Origin: the human T2T-CHM13v2.0 reference genome, Homo sapiens
Assembly: GCF_009914755.1 (NCBI RefSeq)
Contig: NC_060938.1
Direction: 5' to 3' (one strand)
DNA: 64,000 nucleotides
Shown: piece by piece, positions 36,649 through 51,130 of the stretch
Numbering within the stretch: position 1 is the first letter of the stretch
Layout of the letters: every line of letters begins with the position of its first letter
Notes under the pieces: model-generated
Told to the model about the DNA's origin: nothing
The model's input: only the letters and a program-made list of their open reading frames with translations
The model's database searches: none
Translations under genes and position numbers: made by a program

Positions 36649-37275
36649 CAATTAAAAAAAAATTCCAACAAAAAATATCTCTGGACCTGATGGCTTCACT
36701 AGTGAGTTTTATCATACTTTCAAAGAACTACCACCAATCTTTTTCAAAACTCTCCAAAAACTTTAAAAGTGACCACTCCCTAACACATTCTATGAGGCCA
36801 CCATTATTCTGATACCAAAGCCAGACAGATACTACAAGAAAAGAAATTGCAGACCAACATCCCTTATAAACATTGATGCAAAAATCCTTTAAAAAACTAG
36901 CAAACTATATTCAACAGCATATTAAACGCATTATACCTCATAACCAAATGGGGCTAATTTCTGGAATTAATAATATGTGTCAATGGCAGATAAACAGATG
37001 AGCAAAATGACACACACACACACACACACACTTGTATATGTGTAAAATGGAATATTGTTCAACCTTAAAAAAGAAGGCAATTCTAACATGGTACAACATG
37101 GATGAATCTTAAAGATATTATGTTAAGTGAAAGAAGCCAGTCACAAAAAGATAAATACTTCATAATTCTACTTATATGAGGTACTTAGAGTAGTCAAAAT
37201 TATAAAGACAGAAAGTAGAATAGTGATTACCAGGGGCTGCGAGAAGGAGAGAATGGGGAGTTATTGCTTAATTGA

Positions 37276-37629
37276 CATTATGGTCTAAATGTTTGTGTCT
37301 CCTCAAAATTTATGTTGAAACCTAATCACCAACGTAATTAGAAGGTGGGGCATTTAGAAGATAATTAGATCATCATTAAAGAGCCCTCATGAATAGAATT
37401 AGTGTCCTTATAAAACGGACCTCAGAGAACTGCCTTATCTCTCCTACCATGTGAGGACAAAGCAAGAAGGTGCCATCAATGAACCTGAAATTGGGCCCTC
37501 ACCAGCCACTGCATCTGTTAGTGATCAGTGGGCTTCTCAGTCTCCAGAATTATGAGGAATAATGCTCTGTTGTTTATAAGCTACCCAGTCTAAGATATTT
37601 TGTTATAGTCATCCCAAAGGACTAAGATA
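37276..37629 (+). mobile_element. MLT1A0-like MaLR solo LTR
   Basis: tatggtctaaatgtttgtgtctcctcaaaatt...ctaccatgtgaggaca...gtttataagctacccagtct...ctaagata; L1MB resumes on both sides. Confidence 0.88.
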
Positions 37630-38129
37630 ATGAGTATAGAGTTTGACTTTTGTGAGATAAAAAGAGTTCTGTAGATGAACAGTGGTGACAGTTGACAAAT
37701 AATGAATGTACCTACTACAACCAAACTCTACACTTAAGAATGGTTAATATGGTAGCTTTTATGTTATGTATATTTGCCACAAGAAGAATATTAAAAAAAG
37801 AAAACATTGAATTGAAAAATGTAGAAAGATAGGTATTGAAATATGAGTACACTGATTTGATTGAGATAATCAATAAAGCCAAAAGTTGGTTCTCAGAGAA
37901 GTTAGTCTTTGCCAAGAAAAACAGACAAATGTACTGATTAAAAGAAATAAGCATGGTTAGACCAAACTGATATTTACAATATAAGCCCCAAATTGAATAT
38001 TGCTAAGGCAAGAATCTAGTGTTTACACATATTGATTTCCTATTAACTGCTTCTCACCTAGGCAAATTCTTTGTGCAGTTTTTCCCCTCTGGTGACTAGT
38101 AATAGATTTTTCAAGATAGTTAATAATTA

Positions 38130-38245
38130 TCACTGTAATATAAGCTCCTTGAGGTTTGTTTGTACATTCATTTTAAAAATAACCTTAAAACAATGCCTAG
38201 TGTATATAAGAAACTCAATAATTAATTGTTGAATCACTGAATTGT
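38130..38245 (+). mobile_element. L2 3' end fragment
   Basis: tataagctccttgagg...aacaatgcctagtgtatataagaaactcaataattaattgttgaat. Confidence 0.65.
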
Positions 38246-38539
38246 ATCACAAATCATCATGGAAACCTGCTAATCAATCAGCCAGTTATTGCCCTTCTAG
38301 TAAAGACTGAGACTGGGTTTGAAAAAGAACTTTAAACTGAGAAAAAGGTCAAGCATTTCTGATAACAGGCTGTACACCTTCCCTTGATTTGTACATCATT
38401 TTAATATGAAGTTTTGAAAAGATTTCATAAATTAACTGCTTAAGCAAGTGGGGAAACAAGAATGATAAAATATGAATACATCAACAAATAGCCATTGGGA
38501 GTCAGATATAAAAATTACATTCAGATGGTCTCCAGACAT

Positions 38540-38830
38540 AGCTTTCAGTTTACAGAAAATTTGTGGAATAAACTAACATCATAAATAAAAATCATATTTT
38601 TGCTACCAGCAAAATCCAGTCTATAGGAAACTCCAGAGGGAAGAGCCTACTATTTTCAACAAAATATATTATAAGGAAAAAGAAGAAATGGTACGGATAT
38701 CTATAGTTGAAAAGAGACTGACTATGAGTTGGAAATTTTTGAAGAAGATGGGTGATGAACACGTGTGGTGTCATTGTATTAATTTCTCTACTTGGGTGTA
38801 TATTTTAAATTTTTCTTAGTAAATATTAAA
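38540..38830 (+). mobile_element. L1ME-type 3' end
   Basis: cagcaaaatccagtctataggaaactcc, gggtgatgaacacgtg...tcattgtattaatttctctactt. Confidence 0.55.
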
Positions 38831-39033
38831 AACTATACACACAAAGTCATAGTTGTTTAGGAGAATCTATGCTAAAGCACTTGGCAAATAAATTTTTATA
38901 TGCTATATCATTAAAATATATTGTGAATTTGGTATTTCTCTTCAAAATTTTAAATAACACTCCATTTTATATAATTAAAATATATCACCTGTGTCCATGA
39001 CTAATAAGAGAGAATTAAGCTGAGACATGATGA

Positions 39034-39452
<419 letters not shown>

Positions 39453-39535
39453 GGGAGATCCATTTCTAACATAAACAGAAAATGCTGTCAGATAGCACAC
39501 TTAACCTCCACTTGTTTTCTATCTACTGTCCAACG

Positions 39536-39898
39536 TAGATGGCGTTTCCCTTATCCAAAATTCTTGAGACCAGAAGTGTTTCAGATTGCAATTTTTTTTG
39601 TCAGATTTTGGAATATTTGCAAATACATAATGAGATATCTCAGAGATGGGACTCAAGTCTAAATAAGAAATTCATTTGTTTTATATACATCTTATAAACA
39701 CAGCCTGAAGATAATTTTATATAGTATTTTTAATAACTTTGTACATGAAACAAAGTTATGACAACATTTTAACTGCAACCCATCACATGAGGTCAGTTGT
39801 GAAACACTTAATGTGTGGCACCATGTTGGGGGGTCAAAAAGTTTTATATTTTGAAGCATTTCCAATTTTACATTCTTGAATTAGAGATGCTAAACCTG
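39536..39898 (+). mobile_element. Tigger4b/MER46-like DNA transposon
   Basis: tcccttatccaaaattcttgagaccagaagtgtttcagatt...gattttggaatatttgca...ttagagatgctaaacctg followed by TA. Confidence 0.85.
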
Positions 39899-41284
39899 TA
39901 CTCAAAGAAGAAGTTATGCTAAAATATATTTTGTTGTGAAGTCCCATGTAATTATTGAGAATGGGAGAAAGTTATTTGGCCTTGTTTAGCTATGTTTAGG
40001 GAGAAATAACTATACGCTTTTTACAAATTCATAGGCATATATAGAGACAGATTAATCGGAAGAAGATTGAGGCTCTTAAAATAAAGACTTCAAATAGTGT
40101 TTCCTATACGTAGAGGTAAAAGAACATGAAGAGTCTTCAGTAAATAAATAAATAAACCAACAAATAAAGGCACTCTCTCGTACCCCCTCCACATTGTTTT
40201 GTTCATGTTTAAGTAACAGATGAGTTTCTGTTGTGTAATTTTGTTGTTGGATCTATTGCCTTTTCCAAAATACTTGAGTTTTAGACATTAAACTAGAAAC
40301 ATACACATGAAATCAGCATAGTGAACAACCAAATGTCATACTCCTGTTTATAGTATGAGAAAATGAATATCTTTTATAACTGAGAACCAGACTTCTTAGA
40401 ACTCTAAAGAAAAGCGTTGAATAATTAACACTGCAAACTATCTAATTCTTTTAGCAAAGCTTATTTCACAGTTTTGCTTCAGTTTCACCAGCTGTAGAGA
40501 AGGCAATTCAAACTCCCTAAATTAATCCCAGCTGCAGCGCTTGCCACACAATTAACACGTTTAAAAGTGATAAATATATGTTAAAAAACAACAACTTGGG
40601 GTCAATTTAAAATGAGCTGTCAGAAAATCGGAGATTGCCTAAATCCTTTTCATTTCTTGTCTATTAATTGTAAATTTCCATAATCAATTTGGATTTCGGG
40701 AAAGGTTTAAAATTACTAAAATATTAGTACTATTTTCATAAATGCGTCTTCTCTTTAAACTCAAAGCAAGTGATTTAACTAGAATAGTATTTTATCATTT
40801 CAAAGAACATGGAAGAAAGATACTGGCATTTTCATTTTGACATTCCAAAGAGAATGGAGAATAATCATCCTGACTCTATCAAGGGGATACATCTTGGACC
40901 AATAATTACGAATAACATATTATATGACTAGTATGTTAGTTACTTTCTCACTTATTCACAACAATGTTATTTTCATGCCCATCAGTCTTTAGAGTAGTAT
41001 ATGATCAGAAGGAAATCCTCATGATTTGGAGAGTGATAGTTTGATGACTCGTATACATGAAACCGCTTTGGGGGCTTCCCACTGCCATTTTTTACCTTAA
41101 TCCTATATTCCTGGAATCAATATTTGGAAATGTACCCAACTTGACTGAAAAAGTATTTACCAAAAAAATAGTAATACGTTTTGTTCCAGGTACTTTCAGG
41201 GTTTTATTTGGCAATTAAATTGTTCCTTTCCTTTTTATATGAAAATGAAAGGTGCATTGTGTACTTGGCATTCTGCTTTTTATG

Positions 41285-41395
41285 TCCACTTTATCATTTC
41301 ATTCTCGCAATAACCATTTGAGTATTTAATCCATTTTTGTGCTTGAGGAAAGTGAGCCTCACGATAAATAAAAATTCTCCCAAGATTAAATACAC
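41285..41395 (-). mobile_element. MIR fragment
   Basis: tcattctcgcaataacc...tgaggaaagtgagcctca...cccaagatt. Confidence 0.55.
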
Positions 41396-42259
41396 AAATT
41401 TATTAATAAAAACCAACAAAATGCTCTAATTTTTTACTTCAGTGTTGTAGTGTTTCTAAACATTTTACAACTATGTTATTCAATATAGGCTTTTTTTGTT
41501 TTTATAAAGTAAATAAAAAATATAGTTAAAACTATAGTATCTTCCTTTGAGACAATTTAGCATCTTAGGTTTCAGTGTTAGTTGTTCATACTAATAGGTT
41601 TGAATCAGAGATGTCACAGACAAAACAGTTATCGGGCCTAGAGATAAATTAAATATAGGTCAACAGAAAACAGAAGTAGATCAGCATGGTCCCTCAGATT
41701 GGGAATTTAGGTGTTTGGAAAAATATAGAACTTCTACTGAAAGCAACAGCAAACTTGTAACAAGAAATTTTGTTTTCTAATTTTAACATATGGAGCTTTA
41801 GATTTGGAATGGACATTAAAATAAATATTAAGAAAGTGAATGATTAGCAAAATAATTCTTCATACAATAGGTTCATGTTGGTCAATTTAAATTCAAAGCA
41901 AGGAACATTTAAAATAAATTAGAAGAAAAATATTAGGTAGTAAAAGAAAAGATCTAAGAAAATTTGACTAAAATAAAGTCATAGAGCTACTAAAACACAT
42001 AATAATAGAGATAATTCTTAGATAAAGAGATATAGTAGGGACTGTGTACTATTAATAATAGCAAGGAAACAATAAATCTTGGTTATTATAGGAAAGAATA
42101 GATTCCATGGATGAAGGATTCTCATAGAAAACCAAATATTAATAAAAAAGAGAATGTTAATTAACATATAATTTTGAAAAATATATATGAAAAGAAAAAT
42201 TTATATTATTCAAAATTTGCTAACTTACATGGTGAAAAATAGAGCAATTGTTATACTAC

Positions 42260-42460
42260 TAAATCTTTACAATAACATGAGCTAGGCTCTTTTTAAAAAT
42301 TTTTTGGGTATAGGATTTCTATTGCTTCTACACCCTCAGGAAGTAGATGGTACTATCTTAATTTTACAAAACTTTAGATAATAAGGTGCATGTCTTTGCC
42401 CATAGTCATTCAACAGATAAATTGTGAAACTGGGACACAAATACATCATTTCAAAGCTTC
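42260..42460 (-). mobile_element. MIR fragment
   Basis: gaagtagatggtactatcttaattttaca...ttgcccatagtcattcaacag...ctggga. Confidence 0.55.
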
Positions 42461-42611
42461 ATTTACATTTTACATGACCTTCCACTATGGCCATTTTGTG
42501 GAAATAAAATAAAAGTCTGTATATAAAATTAGCAGTGAAGAAATATCCTCTGAAAATCTTCCCCCTTGATTTTCTTTGTATTGTTTACAGTTGTTCTGTA
42601 TCATTTTCCAT

Positions 42612-42880
42612 AAAATTATTCTGTATGGCACTATAATGGATACATAGGATTATGTATTTTTTTCAAACCTATAGAATATACACCACCAAGAGTGATCCCT
42701 AACATATACTGTGGACCTTGGGTGATAGCGATGTCAGTATCAGTTCTAAGAAATGTACCACCTGGTGAGAGTTGTCAATAGTGGGGAAGGCTGTGCAAAT
42801 GTCTGGGCAAAGGATCGATGAGAACTCTCTGTACTTTCCACTCAATTTTGCTGTGAATTTAAAACTGTCCTAAGAGATAG
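42612..42880 (+). mobile_element. L1MC1/2 3' end, followed by (aaatatgtgaaaat)x3 at ~42887-42930
   Basis: caccaagagtgatccctaa...aatgtaccac...ggggaaggctgtgca...ctctgtactttccactcaattttgctgtgaatttaaaactg. Confidence 0.85.
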
Positions 42881-45600
42881 CTAAGTAAATATGTGAAAAT
42901 AAAAATATGTGAAAATAAATATGTGAAAATATAACAAAAACAGCATCAAATTATTTTTATAACAAGTTTCTGATATAGTACTTTATGATATATGTGGTTT
43001 CTATAGAAAACTAAAATATGATGATACAATAGGCCTATCACAGACTAAAATTGTGAAGTAATAATAAAGGTATATTATATCTTGAGAAACCTGCCAAAAA
43101 TATATCTGCATTTGAATTTTTGTTAGTCATGGACATTACTACTACTGCTTCCTACTTTTATAGCCATAGAGGTTATTGAAAATAAATATGTAATTGTTTT
43201 TCCCTACTGCACTATTAGATACTTTGAATTTTACCCCCAAATCTTTTGGGATTCATGAAACAAAATCAAAGAACTCAGATTCAGAACTTCTCTGTAAGAC
43301 AGAGGCGAGTTCTCTTGTGAGACAGTTTTGCAGCATGATAACGAGATTTTTTTCTGAAATCTCTGCCTAGCATCTGTTTTGTCATCCTTCACAACTAATT
43401 CTACACTCATTAAAAAATTCTTTTGCCTGATGCTGAAAAGAGTGAATTCTCTTTTCTGCAATAAGAACTTTGACAATATGGTAGGTAGGAGAAAAAGTTG
43501 TGTCTGGAATACTAGTTCTCTACATCTTGTCTACACCAGTTCAGCTTTAACCACAATAGTACTATTCGTGAGAGTTTTACACATAGAAATCAGAAGTTAC
43601 AAAACAAAAACAAAAACAAAAACAGAAAACAATTTCCATTACTTAAGGAAATTGACACATTGAGAGCTGAGACTCCTATCCAGATTTTCAAAAATATTTT
43701 ATTTTAGAATCCATGTTCTTTGCATATTGCTCAATGCTAGTATACATCGCCTCCATTTTAATTTCATCCAAGAGAAGAACTATGTTACTGTGAAGCCCTG
43801 CCTCTTTAAGAAGGACTGTACAACAACTTTCTTTTGGTTGTTTACTGTACAACATCCATGTAAAATAAACAAACTAAAAAATGCTTTAAGAGAATTGTGA
43901 GATTCTTACAGTGTTCGTACATAAATAATTTTAGTGCTTCCCCATTTATGCTTAATCTTAAGGAAATATTCCAAGATAAATGTGAGAACAAATTGAGCAA
44001 TGGTAAAGTCCTCTTAAATCCTTGAAAAAAGATTAGTGATAGACTAGTTTCTTGGACATTGCTTTAATGTATGGGAGAGAAACACCAGAGAGCTTGTTTT
44101 ATATCTAACTTGAGATCTGATTCTCTTTTATATGGTAAAGGAGAATGACTAGAATATGTATGGGTCTGCTAGTAAAAGAGCAAAAAGAAGAGACTCAGAA
44201 AGCTCAAGGTTCATACTCAATAATGCAGTCTGAACTGTTGTCCAAGGCCACAATCCAGAGAGCTATTCAGATCAGCTGTGCATTATAAAAGTTGCTGTCC
44301 TAAGGATGAGACTTTTTATGGATCTTTTTTTTCTTCACACCAGGAACTTTATTTCTAAGGGAGATTTCAGTTGCTTTCTGTCGAACCTTAATAAATCTGG
44401 GCCAACAACTGAACTGCCAGAGGGAACGATAAAGCTGAATGAGATCTAAAAAGATTTACTATTAGTCAATGTGTAGAGAGAAATTTATTCAACCATTAAA
44501 GATTATATTTCCCAACCAAAAAAGAAAAAAAATAGTGTAGGAGTCTTATATCAACATATTGCTGATGAAATCGGAGCTCTTAATTCAGTGGGGGTCTACA
44601 GCATTGCCTTTATCCCCGTCTCCATCTCACAGCATCCAGTGATCTTCAGAGACAGAATGAGAGTGACACACATTTTGTGGAATGCATCATCCTTAAAAGT
44701 CCATGCAGAGAAAAGCAATTCCCACCAGGTTTAACCTGTGAATTATATCTGAAAATACAGCTATTACAATTTTCCATTTCTAAGCTGATGGCTGGATGTG
44801 TCCACCTTGCTGTAAAGTTCAATTTCTCATATGTGAAGATAGAGGGAAAGTCAATGTAAAATATATAGGAGGTGGTAATACGTAAACTTCTCAAGGATTC
44901 ATTTGATTGACTGCACTGAATGAAACATTTATCTGAATTTACTTTTCTTCTTTTCTATCATCTTTCAATTGTTCTACAAATTTTTTGGTGAAGTTGTAAA
45001 AATATTACTTTTTGGGTAGAGAGACAGTTTGAAGCTTTGTTACTTTATTGATGTCACTCCCAACCAATCTTATTTGAAAAAAGCTTATTTTAGTGAAATG
45101 GAAAATTAGAACTTAGAAATAGTTTCTTCAGTAATTCCACTTTTGCCAGTGACTTTTCATTGAAATATTAAAAGTTTAAGTTGCTATATCGATACTATGC
45201 TATTGAGAATATTTTTCCATGAATCTGTGTGTGTGTGTTTCATTTATTCCACATCATTGATCAGAAAGTACATGAGAACAAGAATTAAATTTAACTTACT
45301 TGTCATTCTTTACTAGGTGCTACTAGATTGTTTTATAGATGCCTTGCTATTAGCACCTCTTGAAGAAATACAGACTTGTGTAAAAGACACACAACAATTA
45401 AGTATACCCACTAACTACAATGGGCATGAGAGAGACTTGAAGAAAATGAAATGGAAAGAGGATGCGGACCCACGAGTAACTCCAAACACTACCTAGTTTT
45501 GCCTTCTATTAGCCCTAGTGATAACCTACTTATTGAAATAATTGATTGGCTAACTGTAGGGAAAAAGTTCATTTTTTAATATTTTTTCCTGATTACAAGA

Positions 45601-47849
45601 TGATATGGTTTCACTGTGCCCCCACCCAAAAAATCTCATCTTGAACTGTAGTTCCCATAATTCCCATGTGTCATGGAAGGGACCTGGTGGGAGGTAATTG
45701 AATCATGAGAGTGGGTCTTTCCCATGCTGTTCTTTTCATAGTGAGTAAGTCTCACGAGATCTGATGGTTTTATAAAGGGGAGTTACCCTGCACACGCTCT
45801 CTTGCTTGCTGCCATGTAAGACCTGACTTTGCTTCTCTCTTGCCTTCCACCATGATTGTGAGGCTTCCTCAGCCATGTGAAACTGTAAGTCAATTAAACC
45901 TTTCCTTTATAAATTACCCAATCTTGGGTATGTCTTATTATCAGTGTGAGAACAGACTAATATAGTAAATTGGTACTGGGAATGGGGCACTACTGTAAAG
46001 ATACACGAAAATGTGGAAGCAACTTTGGAACAGGGTAACAGGCAGAGCTTGGAACAATTTGGCGGGGTCAGAAGAAGATAGCAAAATGTGGGAAAGTTTG
46101 GAACTTCTTATAGGCTTGTTGAATGGCTTTGACCAAAATCATGATAGTGATATGGACAATAAAGTCCCAGCTGAGCTTGTCTCAAATGGAGATGAGGAAT
46201 TTGTTGGGAACTGGAGTAAAGGACTCTTGCTATGCAAAGAGACTGGTGGCATTGTGACCCTGCTCTAGAGTTCTGTGGAACTTTGAACTTGAGAGAGATA
46301 ATTTGGGGTATCTTGCAGAAGATATTTCTAAGCAGAAAAGCATTCAAGAGAAAGCAGAGCATAAAAGTTTGGAAAATTTGCAGCCTCACTATGTGATAGG
46401 AAAAAAAAACATTTTCTGGGAAGAAATTAAAGCCTCTGCAGAAATTTGCATAAGTAATGAGGAGCCAAATGTTGATTGTCAAGGCAATGGGGAAAATGTC
46501 TCCAAGGCATGTCAGACACCTTCACAACAGCCCCTGTCATCACAGGCACAGAGGGCTAGAAGGGGAAAATAGTTTCCTGGGCCAGGTCCAAGAAATGTGT
46601 GCAGCCTTGGGACTTCGTGCCTTGCATCCCAGCCTCTCTAGCCATGGCTGAAAGGGGCCAAGATACAGCTCAGGCCATGGTTTCTCAGAGGGTGCAAGCC
46701 CCAAGCCTTGGCAGCTCCCATGTGGTGTTGAACCTGTGATGTACAGCAGTCAAGAATTGAGGTTTGGGATCCTCTGCCTAGATTTTAGAGGATGTATGGA
46801 AATACCCAAATGTCCAGGCAGAGGTGTGCTGCAGGTGTGGAGCCCTCATGGAGAATCTCTGCTAGGGCAATGAAGAAGGGAAATATTAGGTGGAAGCCCC
46901 CACACAGAGCCCCACTGGGGCACTGACAAGTGGAGTTGTGAGAAGAGGGCCACTGTCTTCCAGACCCCAGAATGGTAGATCCACCAACTGCTTGCACTGT
47001 GTGCCTGGAAAAGCTATAGCCACTCAATGCCAACCTGTGAAAGCAGCCAGGAGGGTGCTGTACCCTGCAAAGCCACAGGGGTGGAGCTGCTCAAGGCCCT
47101 GGGAGCCCACCTCTTGCATCAGCCTGACCTGGATGTGAGACATGGAGTCAAAGGGGATCATTTGTAACTTTAAGTATTAATGACTGCACTATTGCATTTT
47201 GGACTTCATGGGGCCTGTAGCCCCTTTGTTTTGGCCAATTTCTCCCATTTGGAATGAGCATATTTACCCAACACCTTGTACCCCCATTGTTTCTGGGAAG
47301 TAACTAACTTACTTTTAATTTAAAGGATCATACGTAGAAGGGACTTGCCTTGTCTCAGATGAGACTTTGGACTGTGGACTCTTGAGTTAATGCTGAAATG
47401 AATTAAGACCTTGGGGGACTGTTGGGAAGGCATGATTGGTTTTGAAATGTGAAGACATGAGATTCGGAAGGGGTCGGGGTGGAATGATATGATTTTGCTG
47501 TGTCCCTACCCAAAAATCTCATCTTGAACTGTAGCTCCCATAATTCCCACATGTCATGGGAAGGACTAAGAAGGAGGTAATTGAATCATGGTGGTGGGTC
47601 TTTCCCATGATGTTCTTGTGATAGTGAATAAGTCTCACAAGAGCTAATGGTTTTATAAAGAGGAGTTCCCCTGCACATGCTGTCTTGCCTGCCACTATGT
47701 AAGACATGACTTTGCTCCTCTTCTGCCTTCCACCATATTGTAAGGCTTCACCAGCCACGCTGAACTGTGGGTCAATTAAACCTCTTTCCTTTATAAATTA
47801 CCCAGTCTCAGGTATGTCCTTATTCGCAGTGTGAGAACAGAGTAATACA
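45601..47849 (+). mobile_element. Full THE1C-like MaLR element: 5'LTR 45601-45964, internal 45965-47484, 3'LTR 47485-47849
   Basis: Two homologous LTRs with TGATAT...TAATA(C/T)A termini; THE1-int ORF relics (46011-46572); near-TSD caaga/cagga at 45596-45600 and 47850-47854. Confidence 0.95.
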
Positions 47850-50026
47850 CAGGAGTAATTTAAATGATTATGTTCTTTATTCTATTTTCCTCATGACTTT
47901 GGGTATATATTGCTGGTATAAAAAGTGTTATACCTTCAGTTAATAAATTTGGATGAGGAAATCAGTAAACTAAATTAAAAAAGGACATACTACATATTTT
48001 GCTTAAATGATTAATAAAGAATATAATATTATAGACTATAACATAATTATTACATTCCCAACAGTAACATTTAAGCTGACCACTAATAGATTTGAGAAAT
48101 GAGTGTTGGAATTCTTACATTATATTTTTAGATAATATCAGAATTAAAATAAAGAGAAAGATAATTATGTAAGTTAAAAAATATCTTATTACAAAATTCA
48201 ATTCATTAATATTTACCAATTTTTTTCTATTCTAACTTATAAGGAAAGCAAATCCTTAGTGACTTTAGGGTTTTTGCTTTGTATCATTAAAAAAGGCAGC
48301 TGAATTTTGACTAGGAGAGGATTCCCTACATTTAATATACATCCTATCTTTTCTGTTACCTAGAAACTTGAGATTCCTTATCTGAAGAATAAAGACTCAA
48401 CTCAAGCAACAGAGACACTGATAATGGCAGTGATTATAGTAGTAATGGTGTTGGAGAAGGTGGTATATGTGGAAGTGTGGGGGTTTTCAAGAGGAGAGGG
48501 ACATAATGAGGGGAAGATAAATTATAGCAAAGTCCTCTCTTATGTATTATTATTTTCCCACTAGTCCAACCTCTCCTAATCACATGCCAGAAAGACCAAG
48601 GAATCTGAACTGTTGATATTGTGAGTTGAAGCAAAATTTCCATTTCAGCAGAACAGGACACATCCTGGACCAGTGGGAAGCCTGGGATATTTTTCAGGAA
48701 GTCTAATTGAAACTGGCATTATTATTATTTTCGGTGTATCTTCACAGCATCTAATATGCCTTATTATTAAGGAAAGAATATTTTTAAAAGATATATCTAG
48801 TTTAATATTTGTCAAAATTAACTAAAATAGCACAATAAAGTTACCTTATTTGCTAATTAGGTAAAGAGATCTAATGTCATTTTCCCTATATCCATGCATT
48901 TCTTAAAGTTTTGTGTGAAAATATATGAAATGCATTGATATATACAATAAGGGATAAGAATAAAAAATTAGTGTGTATGATCCTGAAATCCATCATGCTA
49001 TACATTTTAAAAAACATACCGCATAAAGACCAGTATAGTCATCACTCCCGACCTGAAGCGATGGTCACACTGGAAAGGAAAGACTAACACACCTGAACCA
49101 ACAGCAATGGGAAGAGAATAAACTGTACAGTATCCATGTATGCACTATGATTCTTGAAAAAGGGAAAATTAGGGAACTTTTAATTTAAAAAGTAAACGAC
49201 ATTTTTATGCATTGAAGCATTGGTTGAGGAGAAGCAGGAGAGCAATACAGGGGAAATGAAAAACTGGAGTGAAGCCACAAATCAGAGATGCACTTTGAGG
49301 AAAATGAAGGACAACGATATAAACAGAAGGTAGGAAATGTTTTTGGAAGCTTTATAAAGTAGCTTAGTGCAACACAAAATTCACCAAGGAATTGTTTTTA
49401 ATAGCTGAACTTCCAAAATGTCCTAATTTCTGTGTATTAAAAATAGCATTTCTTTGTAAATTTGCAATTAGTTTCCATTTTTAAGGAGTTAATTCCCAGT
49501 TTTTAAAGACAGAGAATAGCTCATTCATTATCTTTTTGTCTCTCTTCTTTAGCATTTGTACATGAGCATCTCACATTTCCATCACATTAACACAACCCTG
49601 GCTTCCTGCCATTTGCTTATTATCACCTCCACTGAAGAACACCAAAACTTGAATAACTCATAGGAAAAAATGCACACTGGTAATGTATGCTCTTAAGCGT
49701 TTTGTTAATATTTGGGGTAAGAAAAGAGGTTTGAAAATATGTGTTCTCATAAAGCTTGAGGATTTTCTGTGAAGTTTAACTACCTATAATGTGACTTAAC
49801 TTTTTAATAGGGATATGGCAACTTAAAGGAGAGCTACCTTGGAGTTTATTGTCATTGAATGAAAGAGTATTTGCTAATCATATTTTTTTCTACTGACACC
49901 ATTAAACTTGACAAAGAAGTAGATCTTGAGGAAATTGAGTAATATTTACATCTAGGATATAAAGTTTCTAACTATTCTATGAATAAAATTTTAATATTTG
50001 TAATACAATTTATTTCAATAATTTGA

Positions 50027-50348
50027 ATTTTACTTATTCTTGAGTATATACATGTATATATACTCAAGAATATATATATACTCAAGAATATATATACTCA
50101 AGAATATACATATATGTGTATATATATACACTCAAGAATATACATATATGTATATATGTATACGTATATGTATATATGTATATATACATTTTACTTATTC
50201 TTGAGTATATATACACTCAAGAATATATATATACTCAAGAATATACATATGTGTATATATATACTCAAGAATATACATATATGTATATATGTATATATAT
50301 GTATATATGTATACTCAAGAATATACATATATATACACACACACACAA
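50027..50348. repeat. AT-rich compound minisatellite (ctcaagaata x8 in TA/TG spacers) with a 161-bp higher-order duplication
   Basis: attttacttattcttgagta at 50027 and 50188; ctcaagaata at 50063, 50081, 50097, 50131, 50216, 50234, 50264 and 50314. Confidence 0.92.
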
Positions 50349-50874
50349 GGGATAAGAGGTATGGTTATTTTAAATATACATTTTGGACTAAATGGAAGAG
50401 AATTTCTGAGAAAATAGTGGGTAGAGAGTAGAATGTGCTGAAAGAGGATGTGAGTTCCTCTTAATTGCCTAATATTTAAATATTCATTAATAGTCTAGAA
50501 AAGACAAAGAGCAGTTTTCCAAGAAAGACTAATAAAAAATAAAACTAAAAATGGTAATTGTGATTATATCTGGGAATAAACATAAATTTAAAAGGGATAG
50601 AGAAAATGTACATTCACTTTTTATTCTATATGCTTAGATATTACTTGTATTTTACAAGCCTCTATAACCTTTTTGTATAAACATATACAAAATAAAACAA
50701 AAACTACCATCCATCATTATGATTTACCCACAAAATAGGATATTTATTTCTCTGTTGTCTTTATACTATAATCACACAATAACATGAAATTATTTAAATT
50801 ATTTCAGAAATAAAAATTTATTATATAGTTTCCATTTTATTCTCTTGCCATGGACCCATTAACAGCAACCACAA

Positions 50875-50935
50875 TGATAATGACAATAGCTAATGTTTAA
50901 AAGCCCATTTTATATGCTAAACACTGTTCAAGATA

Positions 50936-50966
<31 letters not shown>

Positions 50967-51130
50967 TTGTACAAATTCTCAAGGTGGGGAATATAATGCT
51001 ATACCACAGGCACTATTTTAAATATTACTTCTAATAGAGAAGAAATCTGTCCTGGAGACATTATATAACTTAATACAGGATTTAAACCTAGGCAATTGTT
51101 AAGGATTGACCTCTATCCTTACTATTTTAT
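50875..51130 (-). mobile_element. MIR containing (TG)n at ~50935-50960
   Basis: aatagctaatgtttaaaagccc..ttatatgctaaacactgttc...caggatttaaacctaggca. Confidence 0.6.

Larger units (their letters stand above)
35955..37800 (+). mobile_element. L1MB (L1MB4-like) with large internal deletion at ~36970; contains MER44A, (CA)n and MLT1A0
   Basis: ORF2 motifs (IRAEINKI, ggacctgatggcttcactagtga); L1MB 3'UTR gacagaaagtagaatagtgattaccagggg...cacttaagaatggttaa. Confidence 0.85.

Noticed and set aside
44270-44300. TATAAAAG TATA-like box with upstream CAGCTG
   Set aside because: Single motif in AT-rich DNA with no supporting downstream gene structure.
43231-44894. Short ORFs in unique sequence as possible exons
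   Set aside because: No recognisable protein similarity or convincing paired splice sites; lengths are as expected by chance.
50027-50431. Repeat-spacer pattern and ORFs 50114/50116
   Set aside because: Spacers are only TA/TG microsatellite; ORFs are low-complexity artefacts.
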